A stretch of 64,000 bases of DNA from the human T2T-CHM13v2.0 reference genome, Homo sapiens (GCF_009914755.1 NC_060934.1), one strand, 5' to 3'. Positions 1 to 17,086 are shown, numbered from the stretch's first letter. Notes: generated by a model not told the origin, from the sequence alone. A program made the numbers and translations.

Positions 1-597
1 GAAGTCAGTGTGGCGATTCCTCAGGGATCTAGAACTAGAATTACCATTTGACCCAGCCATCCCATTACTGGGTATATACCCAAAGGACTATAAATCATGC
101 TGCTATAAAGACACATGCACACGTATGTTTACTGCAGCACTATTCACAATAGCAAAGACTTGGAACCAACCCAAATGTCCATCAATGATAGACTGGATTA
201 AGAAAATGTGGCACATATACACCATGGAATACTATGCAGCCATAAAAAATAGGATGAGTTCATGTCCTTTGTAGGGACATGGATGAAGCTGGAAACCATC
301 ATTCTCAGCAAACTATCACAAGGACAGAAAACCAAACACCACATGTTCTCACTCATAGGTGGGAATTAAACGATGAGAACACTTGGACACAGGAAGGGGA
401 ACATCACACACTGGGGCCTGTCATGGGATGCGGGGAGGGATAGCATTAGGAGATATACCTAATGTAAATGACGAGTTAATGGGTGCAGCACACCAACATG
501 GCACATGTATACATGTGTAACAAACCTGCACGTTGTGCACATGTACCCTAGAACTTAAAGTATAATGTAAAAAATAAAGATAAAAGGTAAAAAAAGA
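1..597 (+). mobile_element. L1PA-type LINE-1 3' end (ORF2 C-terminus, 3'UTR, A-rich tail); 5' part lies outside the window
   Basis: ORF 8-274 reads WRFLRDLELELPFDPAIPLLGIYPKDYKSCCYKDTCTRMF...WNQPKCPSMIDWIKKMWHIYTMEYYAAIK, the L1 ORF2p C-terminal region, frameshifted near 250. Typical 3'UTR ending GTACCCTAGAACTTAAAGTATAAT then an A-rich tail. Confidence 0.97.
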
Positions 598-961
598 ACT
601 TTCATATATTGCTGGTGGTAACATAAAGTGGTACAGCCATTTTGAAGAACTGATTGCAAGTTTTTCGTGAAGGTAAACACGTGATCCAATAATTCTCTCA
701 AGTATTTCTCAAGATAAATGAAAACATATATCCATAAAATGACGTTTACAGATTTACCTTATTCATAATGGCCAAAAGTCTAAAATAACACAAATGTCAA
801 TGAACAAGAGAATGGATAAACAAATTACAGTATATTCATATAATAGAATTCAGCAATAAAAGAAATGAACTACTGATACACGTAACAACATGGATGAATT
901 TCATAAACATTAGGTAAAAGCCATACACAAAAGAATACATACTATATAACTCCACTTATAT
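598..961 (+). mobile_element. Old L1M (L1MC/ME-like) ORF2 3' fragment
   Basis: Diverged L1 motifs: GCTGGTGGTAACATAAAGTGGTACAGCCATTTTG, GAATGGATAAACAAATT, AACAACATGGATGAAT. Confidence 0.75.
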
Positions 962-1508
<547 letters not shown>

Positions 1509-1634
1509 TAGTTGAAGCAAAATGAAGCATGTAAATGGAGGTACAAACTGCAGCAGAGGGAAGCCCAGTCCCTGAAAGGCACAAAGTAAGAACTGAGCAG
1601 AGGGAGATAACTGTGACCGGACATATGACAAATG

Positions 1635-1765
1635 TTTTTTAAAAAATAGAGACAGGGACTGGCTATGTTGCCCAGGCTGGTCATTAACTCCTGGGCTCAA
1701 GAGATCCTCTTGCTTTGGCTTCCCAATGTACTGGGATTACAAGTATGTGCCACCGCACAGGCCCC
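1635..1765 (-). mobile_element. Alu left monomer / FLAM
   Basis: GAGACAGGG...TATGTTGCCCAGGCTGG...GGGATTACA, single arm. Confidence 0.85.
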
Positions 1766-2320
1766 AATGACACATAAAGGGAAAGAGGAGGGCCCTGGAA
1801 TTGTCTACCAGACCAGCTGGTCTACTAAGAGAAAAGGAGATAGAAAATGTGAACTTGATGGAGAGTTAGAAATGTTACCAGATCAAGTGGTTTCTTTGCC
1901 TTTCACATGAAAAAAGGAAAGGTTTCTCACAGCTTCTCAACTTCAAACCCTTTAATAGAAGTGACTTCCTGGACTGAGTCGTTGAAAGCTTCCAGAAGGG
2001 AGAAGCGCCCCTCTTTGCATGTGTCATCCACCCCGCAATGCCCTCCCATCACAGTAGAAAATAACTGCTGCTAATGTGGCTGAAAACCCTAAGGTAATTG
2101 TTAATAAATTATTCCTGAGATAGAATGAAATAAAAATATAATCTTGCACTAAAATTCCACAGGATTTCAGTTAGAAATTGGAAGAGAGGCAAGGAACTTG
2201 TACGTTACAGGACATTCAGGAAGAAAAGGCTGTAGATACTGATATGTATAGAAATATGTTAAATATGTTGATGGAAAAAGTAGAAGTTGAACTATGTTTC
2301 TTAAAATATAAAGATAACTG

Positions 2321-2678
<358 letters not shown>

Positions 2679-2998
2679 TCAACTTTCAAACTACGTGAGA
2701 AAAAAAGAGAAAACTAGCAATAGGAAAGGGGAAATAGCAAGTATAGAAATAAAACAGTTAACAAACTTGATTTTACATGTCTATATGAACTTTCATAGCA
2801 ACACACAGAAACTACACGTTTAAATCAAACACCCTTGACCTTTTTTTCCAATCTGCTAGGTGTTGGGTCAGTTTTTTAAAACAGAAAACCTCAAATTATC
2901 AAAAGTAGAAATTATTCAGGCTGCATTCTGAATACAATATTGTTCTCAACATCATCTGCAAAAAGAAAACCTCCCGCCAGAAATCATTCCAATTGTTA

Positions 2999-3318
<320 letters not shown>

Positions 3319-3332
3319 CTAAGTTACTCTTA

Positions 3333-3627
<295 letters not shown>

Positions 3628-3629
3628 CA

Positions 3630-4785
3630 CATTTTATAACACCTAATGAATCAGTGAATCTAACTACTAATCACAGCTGCCAGTATTGCAAAAAGAGACA
3701 CTGATAGAAATCCTGTGCCTCCTGATGGAAGAGCCTAACACAGTCTATGAAATAGTTTTGTCCGGCTGGGTGCGGTGGCTCACACCTGTAATCCCAGCAC
3801 TTTGGGAGGCTGAGGCAGGCGAATCACAAGGTCAGGAGTTCAAGACCAGCCTGGCCAACATGGTAAAACGCCGTCTCTACTGAAAATACAAAAAATTAGC
3901 TGGGCGTGGTGGCGGGCGCCTGTAATCCCAGCTACTTGGGAGGCTGAGGCAGGAGAATCGCTTGAACCCCGGGAGGCGGAGGTTGCAGTGAGCTGAGATT
4001 GCGCCACTACACTCCAGTCTAGATGACAGTACGAGACTCCATCTCAAAAAAAAAAAAAAAAGAAATAGTTTTGTCCTTTTCCCACATCCTCCCTGCAAAA
4101 TAGAACCTGAACCTGATCCAGGCTTTAGAACTGCCTACCAAATTCAGGACAGAGGAACGTATTAAATGACACTGTGGGCCAGGTAAGTTGGCTCAGGCCT
4201 GTAATCCTAGGGCTTTGGAAGGCCAAGGTGGGAGGATTGCTTGAGGCCAGGAGTTTGAGATCAGCCTGGCCAACACAGTGAGATCCCATCTCTATAAAAA
4301 ATAAAATAGACAAATAATACTGTGGAATTGGAATCAGCAAAATACAGCAAGTGGCGAAGTATGATAAATGAGTTTTTCAGTAAATACATTGCAAGAGGAA
4401 AAATAGGAGATGGATTTGTTCCTTATCTAAACAAACTAAAAAAGGAGAGAGAAAAGGAATTGGAAATTTGAACGCATGGACATTTGAAGATTTAAAATAG
4501 ATAATTACTTTTAGATGTGATAATAGTATCGCAGTCTTTTTTTGGCATTCTTTTGGCATTTTTATCTTTTAATGTGTCACCTATATGCTTGCTGAAATAT
4601 GGGTGAAATGAAATGATGTCTTGGATTTGTTTCAACATAGCACAGGAGGGGGGCGTGGCTGAGGGTATGGATGAAACAGGATTTGCTGCGACTTAACAGT
4701 TGTTGAAACCGGGTCTTAGGTACATATGGGTCCATGTTATTCTACTATTGTATATGTTGGATATTTTTCACAATAATAAAAAAAG
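3630..4785 (+). mobile_element. Old L1MC/ME 3' region interrupted by AluS (3764-4061) and FLAM (4177-4310)
   Basis: L1M 3'UTR-like motifs (CCTCCTGATGGAAG...CTATGAAATAGTTTTG; TTGTTGAAACCGGG...TATATGTTGGATATTTTTCACAATAATAAA). Alu TSD GAAATAGTTTTGTCC at 3749-3763 and 4062-4076. Confidence 0.75.
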
Positions 4786-5015
4786 ATTATGAAGTCGATA
4801 TGTGTTACAACCTAAGTGAGAATTATAGCATACTGAACACATTTTTTAGTCTTGCCTTCCTCTCAAGACCTCATTGAAATGACAGTAAAGACATATGCAA
4901 GAGATTAAACCCACAATGGAGAGGAGAACTAGAGTGGGTTCCTCAGTGGACCAGCGTTAATAGCATCTAGAAGACAAAGTGACAGGAACACTGACAATAT
5001 AAAAGAGCACAGGAA

Positions 5016-5161
5016 GGCCGGGCACGTGACTCACACCTGTAATCCTAACCCTCTGGGAGGCTGAGGCAGGCAGATCACTTGAGACTAGGAGTTCGAGGCT
5101 TGCAGTCAGCTATGATCGCGCCACTGCACTCCAGCCTAGGCAACAGAGCGAGACCTGTTTC

Positions 5162-5201
<40 letters not shown>
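5016..5201 (+). mobile_element. Monomeric Alu (FRAM/FAM-like) with (CA)n tail
   Basis: Single-arm Alu followed by a CA microsatellite at ~5164-5201. Confidence 0.85.
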
Positions 5202-5206
<5 letters not shown>

Positions 5207-5269
5207 AAGCAATCTAGAATGTCCAAAAGCAGAAGCAGATTCAGGCTTCGTAAGACCTTAAAATTATGC

Positions 5270-6172
5270 AATTTTAAAACCAGCTTTATTGAGATGTAAT
5301 TAATGTACAAAACCCGCTCATATTTAAAGTTACAATTTGATGAAATTTACATCTGTAGACACCACAAGACCGTCAGGATAATGAACATGCCCGTTATCTC
5401 CAAAAGGTTCCTCATCTGGCTGCTTCCACTCAGTGTAATGACTTTGGGATTCGTCGGTGATGCATGCATTCATCAGTAGTCGGTTCCTCTTTATGGCTGA
5501 GCAGCATCCGTTGTATGGATGTGCCACCATTTGTTTACTGTTCACCTGTTGGACATTTGGGATGTTTTCAGTTCTTGCCGCTGGCAAATCGAGCTGCTGG
5601 GAACGTTCACATTCATGTGCCAGCGTTTGTATCGACATGTTCTTTCATTTCTTGCAGGTAAATGCCATGGAGTGCAGCGGCTGGGTCGTATGGGGAGGGT
5701 GTGCTTAGCTTTTTAAGGAGCTGCCATCGTGTTCTCCAAAGTGCTCGCACATGTTACTTTCCCAGCAGCAGGAGAGTGCCAGTGGCTGAACACCCACGCC
5801 AACTGTGGTTTAGCCGGGCTTTTTAATTGTAGCCATTCTAATGGGTGTGTGCTGCCGTCTCGTGATTTTAACTTGCATTTCCCTATCGTGACATCTTTTC
5901 ATAAACCCACAAACTTTGCTTGCCATTTGTATATCTTCCTTAGTGAAGTGTCAGTTCAAATCTTTCGCCTAGTTTTTAACTGGGTTGTGTTATTTAGTTC
6001 TGAGTTCTGTGTTTATTCTGGATACAAGTCCTTCTGTCAGATATGTGTTTGCAAATATTTACACCTAGTCTATGGTTTGCCTTTTCATAAGTGTCTTTGG
6101 AAAAACAAAGTTTTCAATTTTTACAAAGTCCAATTTATTGATTTCCTTAATAGTTCATGCTTCTTGTGTCCT
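5270..6172 (-). mobile_element. L1M (L1MB/ME-like) ORF2 3' / 3'UTR fragment
   Basis: CAGCTTTATTGAGATGTAATT start; TTTTTAATTGTAGCCATTCTAATGGGTGTG and TTCTGGATACAAGTCCTT are antisense L1 ORF2 motifs. Confidence 0.85.
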
Positions 6173-6174
6173 AG

Positions 6175-6320
6175 TATATTAGTTTTCTGTAGCTGCTATA
6201 ACAAATTACCACAAAGTTATTCTCTCACAGTTCTTGAGGCCAGAAGTTCAACATCAGTTTCACTGGGCAGAAACCAAGGTGCCAGCAGGGCTGCACTCCC
6301 TCCAGAGGCTCCAGGGGAAA
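6175..6320 (-). mobile_element. MLT1 (MaLR) LTR fragment
   Basis: TATATTAGTTTTCTGTAGCTGCTATAACAAATTACCACAAA...CTCACAGTTCTTGAGGCCAGAAGT. Confidence 0.8.
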
Positions 6321-6614
6321 TTTTTTTTTGAGACAGGGCTTCACTCTGTCATCCAGGCTGGAGTGCAGTGGCACAGTCACAGCTGGCTCACTGCAGCCTT
6401 GACCTCCCGGGCTCAAGCAATCCTCCCACCTCAGCCTCCCAAGTAGCTGGAAATACAAGTGCATGTCACCCCATCCAGCTAAATTTTGTATTTTTTTTAG
6501 ACCTGGGATTTCCCCATGTTGCCCAGGCTACTCTTGAACTCCTGGGCGCAAGTGATCTGCCGATCTAGGCCTTCTGGAGTGCTGGGATTATAGGCGTGAG
6601 CCACCCCTGGTGCC
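6321..6614 (-). mobile_element. AluJ
   Basis: Reverse Alu dimer with J-type GCAGCCTTGACCTCC. Confidence 0.9.
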
Positions 6615-7039
6615 AGCATAGAAGGGGTAGTGCTTGTGCTTCATGCTCCACCTCGATGGCCATGGTTTACCTGCAGGACTGGCTGACTCTGCTGTCCTGG
6701 CCATGTGGCTGCTCTTTGTTCCTGCCCAGTTCTCAAATCTGGGCCCTCCCAGCCACCTGTGAGCCCTCCAACACTGTCAGCAAAGGTGTTTTCCAATTCC
6801 ATCAGCCAGAGCTGGTCTCTATTACTTGCAACTCAGAAGCTTTCCTGATAAAGCATGTTTACCAGAAGTCCATCGTGAGCACCGTGCTTGGCTGTGAAAT
6901 ATGAGTGGCATTTCCATTTCAGTGGGCAGCAGGCCAGTGGCTGTCATCAGCACCCCTGCTACTCAGCTGTGTTCTGAGGGGCTTAGGCCATGCCCTAAGG
7001 CAGGATGGAGAAATGAAGTTTTTCAAATACCAAACAGAC

Positions 7040-7192
7040 ACACTGTCTCTATTGCCCACTATCATCCCCACCGTATGTAAGCTCCATGAGGGTATGGATC
7101 CTTGTCTTTTAGGGTCACTGCTGTACATTGAGCACCTAGAACCATGCCTGGTATATAGCAGGTATTCTGTTAACATTTGCTGAATATAAATT
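7040..7192 (+). mobile_element. L2 3' end
   Basis: TGTAAGCTCCATGAGGG...CACCTAGAACCATGCCTGGTATATAGCAGGT...ATTTGCTGAAT. Confidence 0.8.
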
Positions 7193-7194
7193 CA

Positions 7195-7885
7195 CAAAGA
7201 ATAGTAAAATTGTTCACCTAAAAAATCCAAGAAAATCAACTGAAAAACTATTTGACAAATAAGAATGCAATAAAGTATGTGTTGAGAGGTGAGCATGTAT
7301 AAATCAGTAGCTTTCTTATATGCTGGTGATGACCATTTTAGAGATGAACACCACCTCATTTGTAAGAGCAACAACAACAAAATCTAAGAATAAATTTAAG
7401 AAGAAATGTTCAAGGAAAGGCTTGTGCCTGTCATCCCAGTTACTCAGGAGGCTGAAGTGGGAGGATCTCTTAAGCCCAGGAGTTTGAAACCAGCCTGGAC
7501 AATATAAAGAGACCTCATCTCTTAAAAAAGTAAAAAATAAAAGTTTTTTTAATTTTAAAAAAAGATTTGGGAGGCTGAGGTGGGAAGATCCCTTGAGGCC
7601 AGGAGTTCGAGACCAGCCTAGGCAACGTGGCAAAAACTCATCTATACAAAAAATTAGGTGGGCATAGTGGCAGGTGCCTGTGGTCCCAGCTACCTGGAGG
7701 CCGAGGTCAGAGGATCACCTGAGCCTGGGAGGTCGAGGCTGCAGTGAGCCAAGATCGTACCACTGCACTCCAGCCTGGGCAACAGAGTGAGAGAGTGAGA
7801 CCCCTGTCTCAAAAAAAGAAAAATGTTCAAGACTCAAGACACGTACAAAGAAAATCATAAAACTTTATGTTAAAATATAACAGAC
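7195..7885 (+). mobile_element. L1M ORF2 fragment interrupted by FLAM (7418-7545) and AluJ (7566-7822)
   Basis: AAATCAGTAGCTTTCTTATATGCTG, AATAAATTTAAG and AAAATCATAAAACTTTATG L1 motifs flank two Alu-derived pieces. Confidence 0.75.
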
Positions 7886-8260
7886 ACTATTCAGGGCCCC
7901 CAGATCCTACCCAGGACTGCACCCAAGCTGACCGGGTCTTCTCTAAAAACAGAAAAAGAAGCCATTACTAAGGATTATAAGACATAGCGTGTTCTTAAAG
8001 GACAAAACTGATCATAACGGTGATCATAAAGACAGCTCAGCTTCTCCTTTGCCTTATCTGGGCCCCACAATGTTCTGAGCACTTGCCATTGAATGACCCG
8101 TTTAACACTGTCCAGGACTCATGCAGGCAGGAATTATACTGTTCTTTTTTTACAGAGTGGCGCATCCGTTTTATTGAGGTAAAATGGATTTTTGTACATT
8201 CACTCCATGACTGAACTGAAAAGATATCCACCACCCACATAATAGGCAAAGGATTAGTAA

Positions 8261-8677
<417 letters not shown>

Positions 8678-9895
8678 TGAAAACAGAGAAATGGCCAATG
8701 AACTGAAAAGACGCGCAGCCTTAGCAGCCGCAGGGACGTCATGCTGAAGCAATGAAGCCCTTCCTCCTCTCCGGCTGTGCTCACTGCTGGGAACTGGCAG
8801 CTCAGGGGTCTCGGTCCTGCCTGCTTCCCCTCCACGGCCCCTCGCTGCCTGTAGCTCCTCACGCCTTAGTCCAGCTCCATCTGCTCATTCCCTGGAGTGC
8901 ACCCTCAGCTGCCTTGTCCCTCTCACCCAGTTGGCCAAGCCCAGCTGGGCACCGGGCCTGCACCCAAGCTGCCAGGAGTGGAAAGAGAGGAGACACAGCC
9001 ATGTGGATTGGTTTCATTTTAAATTCATGGCCACCAGCTCAAGTGGACACTTGTTGACTGCTACATTTCCCCAGCCTGGTACCACCCAAACATGTCCTCG
9101 TGTCCTGGCACACAGAGAGGGCAGAGCTGGGATCACACTGCCTGCCCCTCTAAATGAAAGGTTGCTGAGCAGAGCGGGAAGCTGCACCTTTGCAGGCAGG
9201 TCAAGGACCTGGCTTCTGGGACCCAGGGGGACCCCATGTGAAGGGGAGTGGGGCTGGGCTTGTCTAGAATCTGCCTGAAGTGGGGACCTGGAAGAGTGAA
9301 ACTGAAGGAGGCTGGAAGTATTCACCCGAAGGCAGAGAGACTCCAGACCCCGAAAAAGTGGCCCAAGAGGGACAGTCAGCTTTGGTCACCTGGGAGCCCA
9401 AGCAGTGTGTAGGCAGCAAAGACCCCCGGCCCTTGCCGCTGGCCTTTGGGCTGTCCCCAGAGGGTCAGGAGCTACAACTGGAGAGGAAGTGGGCAGAGCC
9501 CAGGCTGGAGCAGGAGGCATTTCAACTCAGAGTAAAGTTGGGAGTTTCGATGGTTACACCGGCCAGGACACAAAAATTACTTCAGTGAGACCAAATCGAA
9601 AATGGGCATGAAAACGGGGCCAGATTTTCACCCGGTGGTGGGTGTGGGGTGGGGAAGAACACTGGGGGAAGGAACAATACAAGTGATTTGTTTCTCTTCT
9701 ATTAATAACTCGCAAAGCTGCAAAAGTGGGTGGGGGCTTATTCAAATGAATGTAATTCTTCTGTTACCTTCAAACATCAGTGACACTATATGCACAGGGG
9801 ACCATCAGGGGGCGGGCGCTGGAGGGGTAATTCTTCCACCTCTGTGGCACCCAGCTGTGCGCCTGCAGACTGATCTGTCTCCCTCCCTCTTGCAG

Positions 9896-10032
9896 GAAAA
9901 CACTTTTCTATGAATTCACAATGATATTTGTACTATGCTGGGGCTATTGTTAGGAGTTGGTATGATGAAATATTCCGCATTGTAAACAGTGTGCACACAA
10001 ACATGTCTCGAGTGTGTACTTGTACTTTGCTG
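9896..10032 (+). other. Candidate non-coding internal exon (137 nt)
   Basis: Branch-like CTGAT, pyrimidine tract CTGTCTCCCTCCCTCTTGCAG| acceptor, and CTG|GTGAGT donor. Stop codons in all three frames; non-repetitive sequence. Confidence 0.35.
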
Positions 10033-10279
10033 GTGAGTGGAAAGCAGAGGGTGATCTTTGAAAAGAGGCTGGACTGCTTGCTGGAAAACCTTCAAAACAG
10101 GAAGCAGCCACTAGATTCAAGTCACATTCCTGCCGGAGGCTAGACGTGATCCCCCAGGCCGGAATCCCAGCAGTGCTGGGCGGGCGTGTTTATTTGTCCT
10201 TGGGTACATGAAGCAATAGCTCCGTTGCTCCTCCGTGAGAGATTGCAGAATGTTCTGGCTGGAATAACCAGTCAAGGTA

Positions 10280-10655
10280 GTGTCAGAAGACAGAGTTACA
10301 GCAGATCTAGTTTAGAGGCCTTCATTGGCTTGCGTTTGCTCTTCTAGAATGGGCAACACCTCGTTCGATAAAATAGAGAAAAGGGCCGAGGAAAGCAGAA
10401 ACCAGAACAGAAAGCTGATTGGTCTTTTCACAGTTAAAGGTTTAAGCAGAGGGCTTCCCTACTGTGCTAGCTGAAACTGGCCTGTTTGGGGATTTGGCTA
10501 CGATCTCCTTCTCTCCTGATTTCTTAGAAGCTCAAACAATTTTCTCTTGGTGGTGTGGAAACTCAGCGCAAACAACCCTGTTTGGGTTTGGTCTGTTGGG
10601 CTTAGTGCGGGAGCCCTGCCCAAAGCCAGTGCCTCCTGTCAATTTCACTGCACAC
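10280..10655 (-). mobile_element. Old ERV1 LTR, MER31/MER67-like
   Basis: Reverse complement begins ...AAATTGACAGGAGGCACTGGCTTTGGGCAGGGCTCCCGCACTAAGCCCAACAGACCAAACC, resembling the 5' end of MER31/67-class LTRs. Confidence 0.6.
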
Positions 10656-10711
10656 TGACATGGGACCAACATGCCTAACACTCGTCTGTCCCGTGGACCC
10701 TGTCTCTTTCA

Positions 10712-11013
10712 TTTTTTTATTTTTAGTTTTTAGAGACAGGGTCTTGCTCTGTCTCCTAGGCTGGAGCGCAGTGGTGCAATCACAGGTCACTGCAGCCCTG
10801 ACCTCCTGGGCTCAAGGGATCCCCTCTTCTCAGCTTCCCAAGGAGCTGGGACTGCAGGCATGTGCCACCAGGCCTGGCTAATTTTTTATTTTTTGTAGAA
10901 ACAAGTTCTCACTATATTGCCCAGGCTGATCTCAAACTCCTGGCCTCAAGTGATCCTCCCACCTAGGCCTCCCGAAATGTTGGTATTACAGGCATGAGCC
11001 GCTACACCCGGCT
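10712..11013 (-). mobile_element. AluJ
   Basis: TSD CTGTCTCTTTCA at 10700-10711 and 11014-11025. Confidence 0.92.
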
Positions 11014-11169
11014 CTGTCTCTTTCAAAGCACAAGTCCACAGTTTTGCTGACACGTGGTGGCGATGGGGAAAGGTCAGCAGGGAGTAGAGAAGAGAACACA
11101 GGCTTTTGCCACTGTGTGAGGTGGCAGTGGGAGAGTCTGCAGATAGCAGGGGAGCAGAAAGCAGGGGAC

Positions 11170-11510
11170 AGCTAGGGCTGGTATCTGGGCTCTGCTACTA
11201 AGAAGCTGTGTCACTTGGAGAAGCGACTCACCTCTGTGAAGGTCCCCATCTTTAAAATGAGGGTGACCACAACAGCACTGCCCTCTGAGGCTGCCATGAT
11301 TCCGTGAGTTCACGAGGGCACTGCATTTGGTGCCTGGCAAATTACAGTGCTTGGTGGGTGGTGCCTGTGCCTGACACTCCTGCCCTGTGTTGTTACCTCC
11401 TAATAGCCAGCGAGGGGAGGTGTGCTTTCCTTATCTCGCACAGGAGGGGACTGAGGCTCAGATAGTCCATGGCCACATGAACTGGGACTCGGAAACAGGC
11501 CCTCATGGCT
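11170..11510. mobile_element. MIR fragments in opposite orientations
   Basis: AGCTGTGTCACTTGGAGAAGCGACTCACCTCTGTG...CCCATCTTTAAAATGAGG and CAGGAGGGGACTGAGGCTCAGA core motifs. Confidence 0.7.
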
Positions 11511-11965
11511 GTAAGTGCTGGCCTCATTTCGCGTTGCGTCACCAAAAACAGACAGGATCAGTGATCAGCTAGAGGGGCCAAGCAGGGGCAGGAGGGTGGG
11601 AAGAGTGGTCCCTCCAAGGGGACCCAGAAAATGCCAGTGTGACAGCCCTCGGGGCCCCTGGCTGGGCAAGTGGAAGACAGAGCACTGGCTGGAGCCGAGA
11701 GCTGGCAGGACTGAGCCTTGGCCTCCGCAAGAGCCCCAGCAAAAGCCAGCCCGGCACAACAGCTTTGCCCCTCGGTGGAAGCCCCCAGGCTGCGTCTGGA
11801 GTGGCAGAGCTCGCATTCCAAGCTCAGAGACACTGTCTCCAAGAGCCCTGCGCTTCTAGCCGAGCCCTTTCCCTGGGTCAAAGGAGAATGGTGGAGCTCT
11901 TTTGGGGTACACTGAGGGGGCCCAGGCCAGGCTTTGTAGGGAAGGCCCTGATGACCAGTAACTCA

Positions 11966-13558
<1,593 letters not shown>

Positions 13559-13785
13559 CTCAGCTGAAGAACAGCCAAACTTGCCGGCAGAATGAGGCTG
13601 GCTCAGGTGACTAAAGAGGGGGCCGTGCTGTTTGCCAAGACACAGCTACAGGACGAGGAGCCCGCGGGAGGTAGGAAGGCAGGGAAGGAGGCTTTGAGTG
13701 GGGCTCACGTGCCTGGGGTGACTATGGAATAAACATCCAGGTGCAGGCAGGACTCAGGCTTAGGATCACCAGGAGAGAGCAGCGT

Positions 13786-14320
13786 TGAGGCAGGGAGAAT
13801 AGGGTCTGGAGGCAGGGAACCTAAGGCCGATTCTCTCTGACTACCTAGAACTGAATCAAAAGGAAAACCCTCATCTCTCCACACCCAAGTAACAAACGGA
13901 CCAGAGGCTACTCCCTTTGCAAGCCTCACTTTTCTGCTTTGCAGATGAAAAATGAAAGTGTCTCTGATTGCTCCCCTCCTTCAACCAATTAGACTGGTCT
14001 CCGGCTAAGTCTTCATGTGTAGCTTTGTAACTTCACTTCAGCCTGTGATTGGCCACCTTCCTCAGCCAATCAGACTGGTTGCAGGCCGCTACTTCATTTA
14101 CATAGCGTGTAAACCAAGTAACCAATGGGAAACCTCTAGAGGGTATGTAAACCTCAGAAAATTCTGTAACCCGTGATCTTGAGCCTCTTGCTTTGGCCTG
14201 TTCCTACTCTGTGGAGTGGGCTTTTGTTTTGATACATCTGCTTTTCTTTGGTTGCTTTGTGTGTTTTGTCCAATTCTTTGTTCAAAACACCAAGAACCTG
14301 GACACCCTCCACCAGTAACA
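13786..14320 (+). mobile_element. MER51-type solo LTR
   Basis: TGAGGCAGGGAGAATAGGGTCTGGAGGCAGGGAACCTAAGGCC...CCACCAGTAACA; TSD GCGT/GCAT (one CpG transition). Confidence 0.88.
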
Positions 14321-14622
14321 GCATTATCTGGCACAGCTGCTGGGAAAAGTCACCCCTGCAATTTGCTCAGAGGGTAAGAGACACTGGCTGTGTACTCTTC
14401 CGCAAGGCAGCTCTGGACACCAGCTCTCCCATGTCTGCTCCCAACATCCAGGAATTAGCAAATACCCCACCTACCACCAAGGCTGCACCTTATCTGGCTG
14501 TCCTGCCTCCAGCCACGCAGGCGCACACCTGCCATCCTCCCTGCCCACACAGAGGTGGGAGGCCAGGATGCCCAGCTGGGCACATTCTCTCTTCTCCTAT
14601 CACCATTTTTGCTCATTGACAT

Positions 14623-15345
14623 TGAGGACTAAGCTCTAATTTTTTTATCTTGCCCGAATGCCTATCTAAGGGGTCTGGGGAACCATAAATTCTCATCAGA
14701 TGGGTTTTATTTAACCCTATATATTGTGACTTACTTTCCAACCTGACTCTGGCATAATTTTATGAAACAAGGGAGAAAATCAAAATATTTTACCCCAAAA
14801 CATATTTCTTTGCCATGTCTTGAAATGGCCCTGCAAAGCTGTCCTCCGTGGGGGAAAAGTTGCATCTCTAGTAACATAGCTAGATCTTTTTCTTCCAGGC
14901 CCTCCCAATCCTAAAAGGATTAAGAGTCTAGCACCTTTTAAGCATCTGAATAGGAAACATTTGTCATCTATTGTCTCTAAGGGCAGTCACTAGAAGACTT
15001 CAGAAGAATCTTGGTCTCCACAATCTTTTATCTTAACCTGAATATTCCCTTTCTAGCCATCCCAGGTCTTTAGACAAACTCAACCAATTGTCAACCAAAA
15101 AATGTTTAAACTCACCTGTGGCCTGGAAGCCCCCCTTTGAGTCATCCCACCTTTCTGGACCAAACCAATGTATTTGATTGGTGTCTCATGCCCCTGTAGA
15201 AGGTATAAAACCAGGCTGCGCCCGAGCACCTTGGACACATGTTCTCAGGACCTCCTGAGGCTGTGTCACAGGCCATGGTCACTCATGTTTGGCTCAGAAT
15301 AAATCTCTTCAAATATTTTACAGAGTTCGACTCTTTTCATCGACA
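14623..15345 (+). mobile_element. MER4A/E-type solo LTR (second copy, uninterrupted)
   Basis: TGAGGACTAAGCTCT...CATCGACA; 4-bp TSD ACAT. Confidence 0.92.
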
Positions 15346-15371
15346 ACATTAATGCCTCAAAAGAAAGAAAA

Positions 15372-15611
15372 AGGCCAGGCATGCTGGCTCACTCCTGTAC
15401 TCCCAACACTGGAGGATCACTTGAGGCCAGGAGTTCAAGAACAGCCTGGGCAACAAAGTGAGATCCCATCTCTACAAAAAAAATTAGCTGTTCAGGAAGC
15501 TGAGGCAGGAGGATCACTTGAGCCTGGGAGGCCACGGCTACAGGAGCTATGATCTCGCCACTGCACTCCAGAATGGGCAACAGAGCAAGACCCTGTCTCT
15601 AAAAAAATAAA
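15372..15611 (+). mobile_element. AluJ with internal deletions
   Basis: Shortened Alu dimer. Confidence 0.85.
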
Positions 15612-16409
15612 GGAGCTCGTGGAAGGTACACTATCTTGCATAGAAGAGATGCTGAGTTCTTCATCCCCTAGTGAGCGCCTTTTCCCCACAGCCCCGCCCT
15701 CTGTTCCCTTCCCTGAACCAGAGTTGCGAATTCTCACCTGAGCCTCTCACAGCTGCCAGGTGTTATCTCTCAGGAAATAGCCCCCTGTCATGTGTAACAA
15801 CTTGATCTGCCTCTGAGCCCCCTCTGCACTCAGCTGGTGGGAGGAAAGGTCCTCCCTGGGGGTGTGCCCAGGGCTGTGGTCTTCCTTGGGGAGGGAATGG
15901 ACTATCGGTCTTCAGAGCTTGCTGGCAGACGTCCATCGGGTGGCCCTGTGGTCCCCTGGACTCTGCTGCCCCAAGCTTGGCTGGGAATGGAGCTGCCCCG
16001 TGCGGGTGGCCCCAGGCACCCTCAGCTGGCTGCTCCAGCATCTGCCATCCCTGGCTGCCATCTGGGAGGGGCTACTGCACACCCCCCAATCCTCGGGGCA
16101 TGCTCTTTGCCCTGAGACCCTCTTTGCCTTTCCCTGAGCCTCGGCTTTCGGGAGAAGCATCTGGAAAATGTGCAGGCTGGTGGGTCCTCTGCTCCCTCTC
16201 TCTGCATCACTCCTGGCAGAGCACAGAGCCCAGTCCTGCCGGAACGGGATAAAGGAAAGAGAGAAGTGTACAGAGAGTGTGTGCAGTATTTCCAAGGCCA
16301 CCCCATGGGCCTTATTCTTCCCGTCTGTTAAATGCAGATAGTGCTAAAACCCACTTCACTGAGTTTGCCGAGGATTACAGAAAGCAACGCACGTGACAGT
16401 GGAGCGGGA

Positions 16410-16996
<587 letters not shown>

Positions 16997-17086
16997 TGAT
17001 CCCTCTTAGGGGTAAAAACAATTAATATATTTGCTCTAAATTCCCTCCAAGCTACTCCAGGAGTATGATTTGCTATTCTTTCGGGG

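Noticed and set aside
8-274. 88-aa ORF as a functional protein
   Set aside because: It is a frameshifted L1 ORF2 C-terminal fragment.
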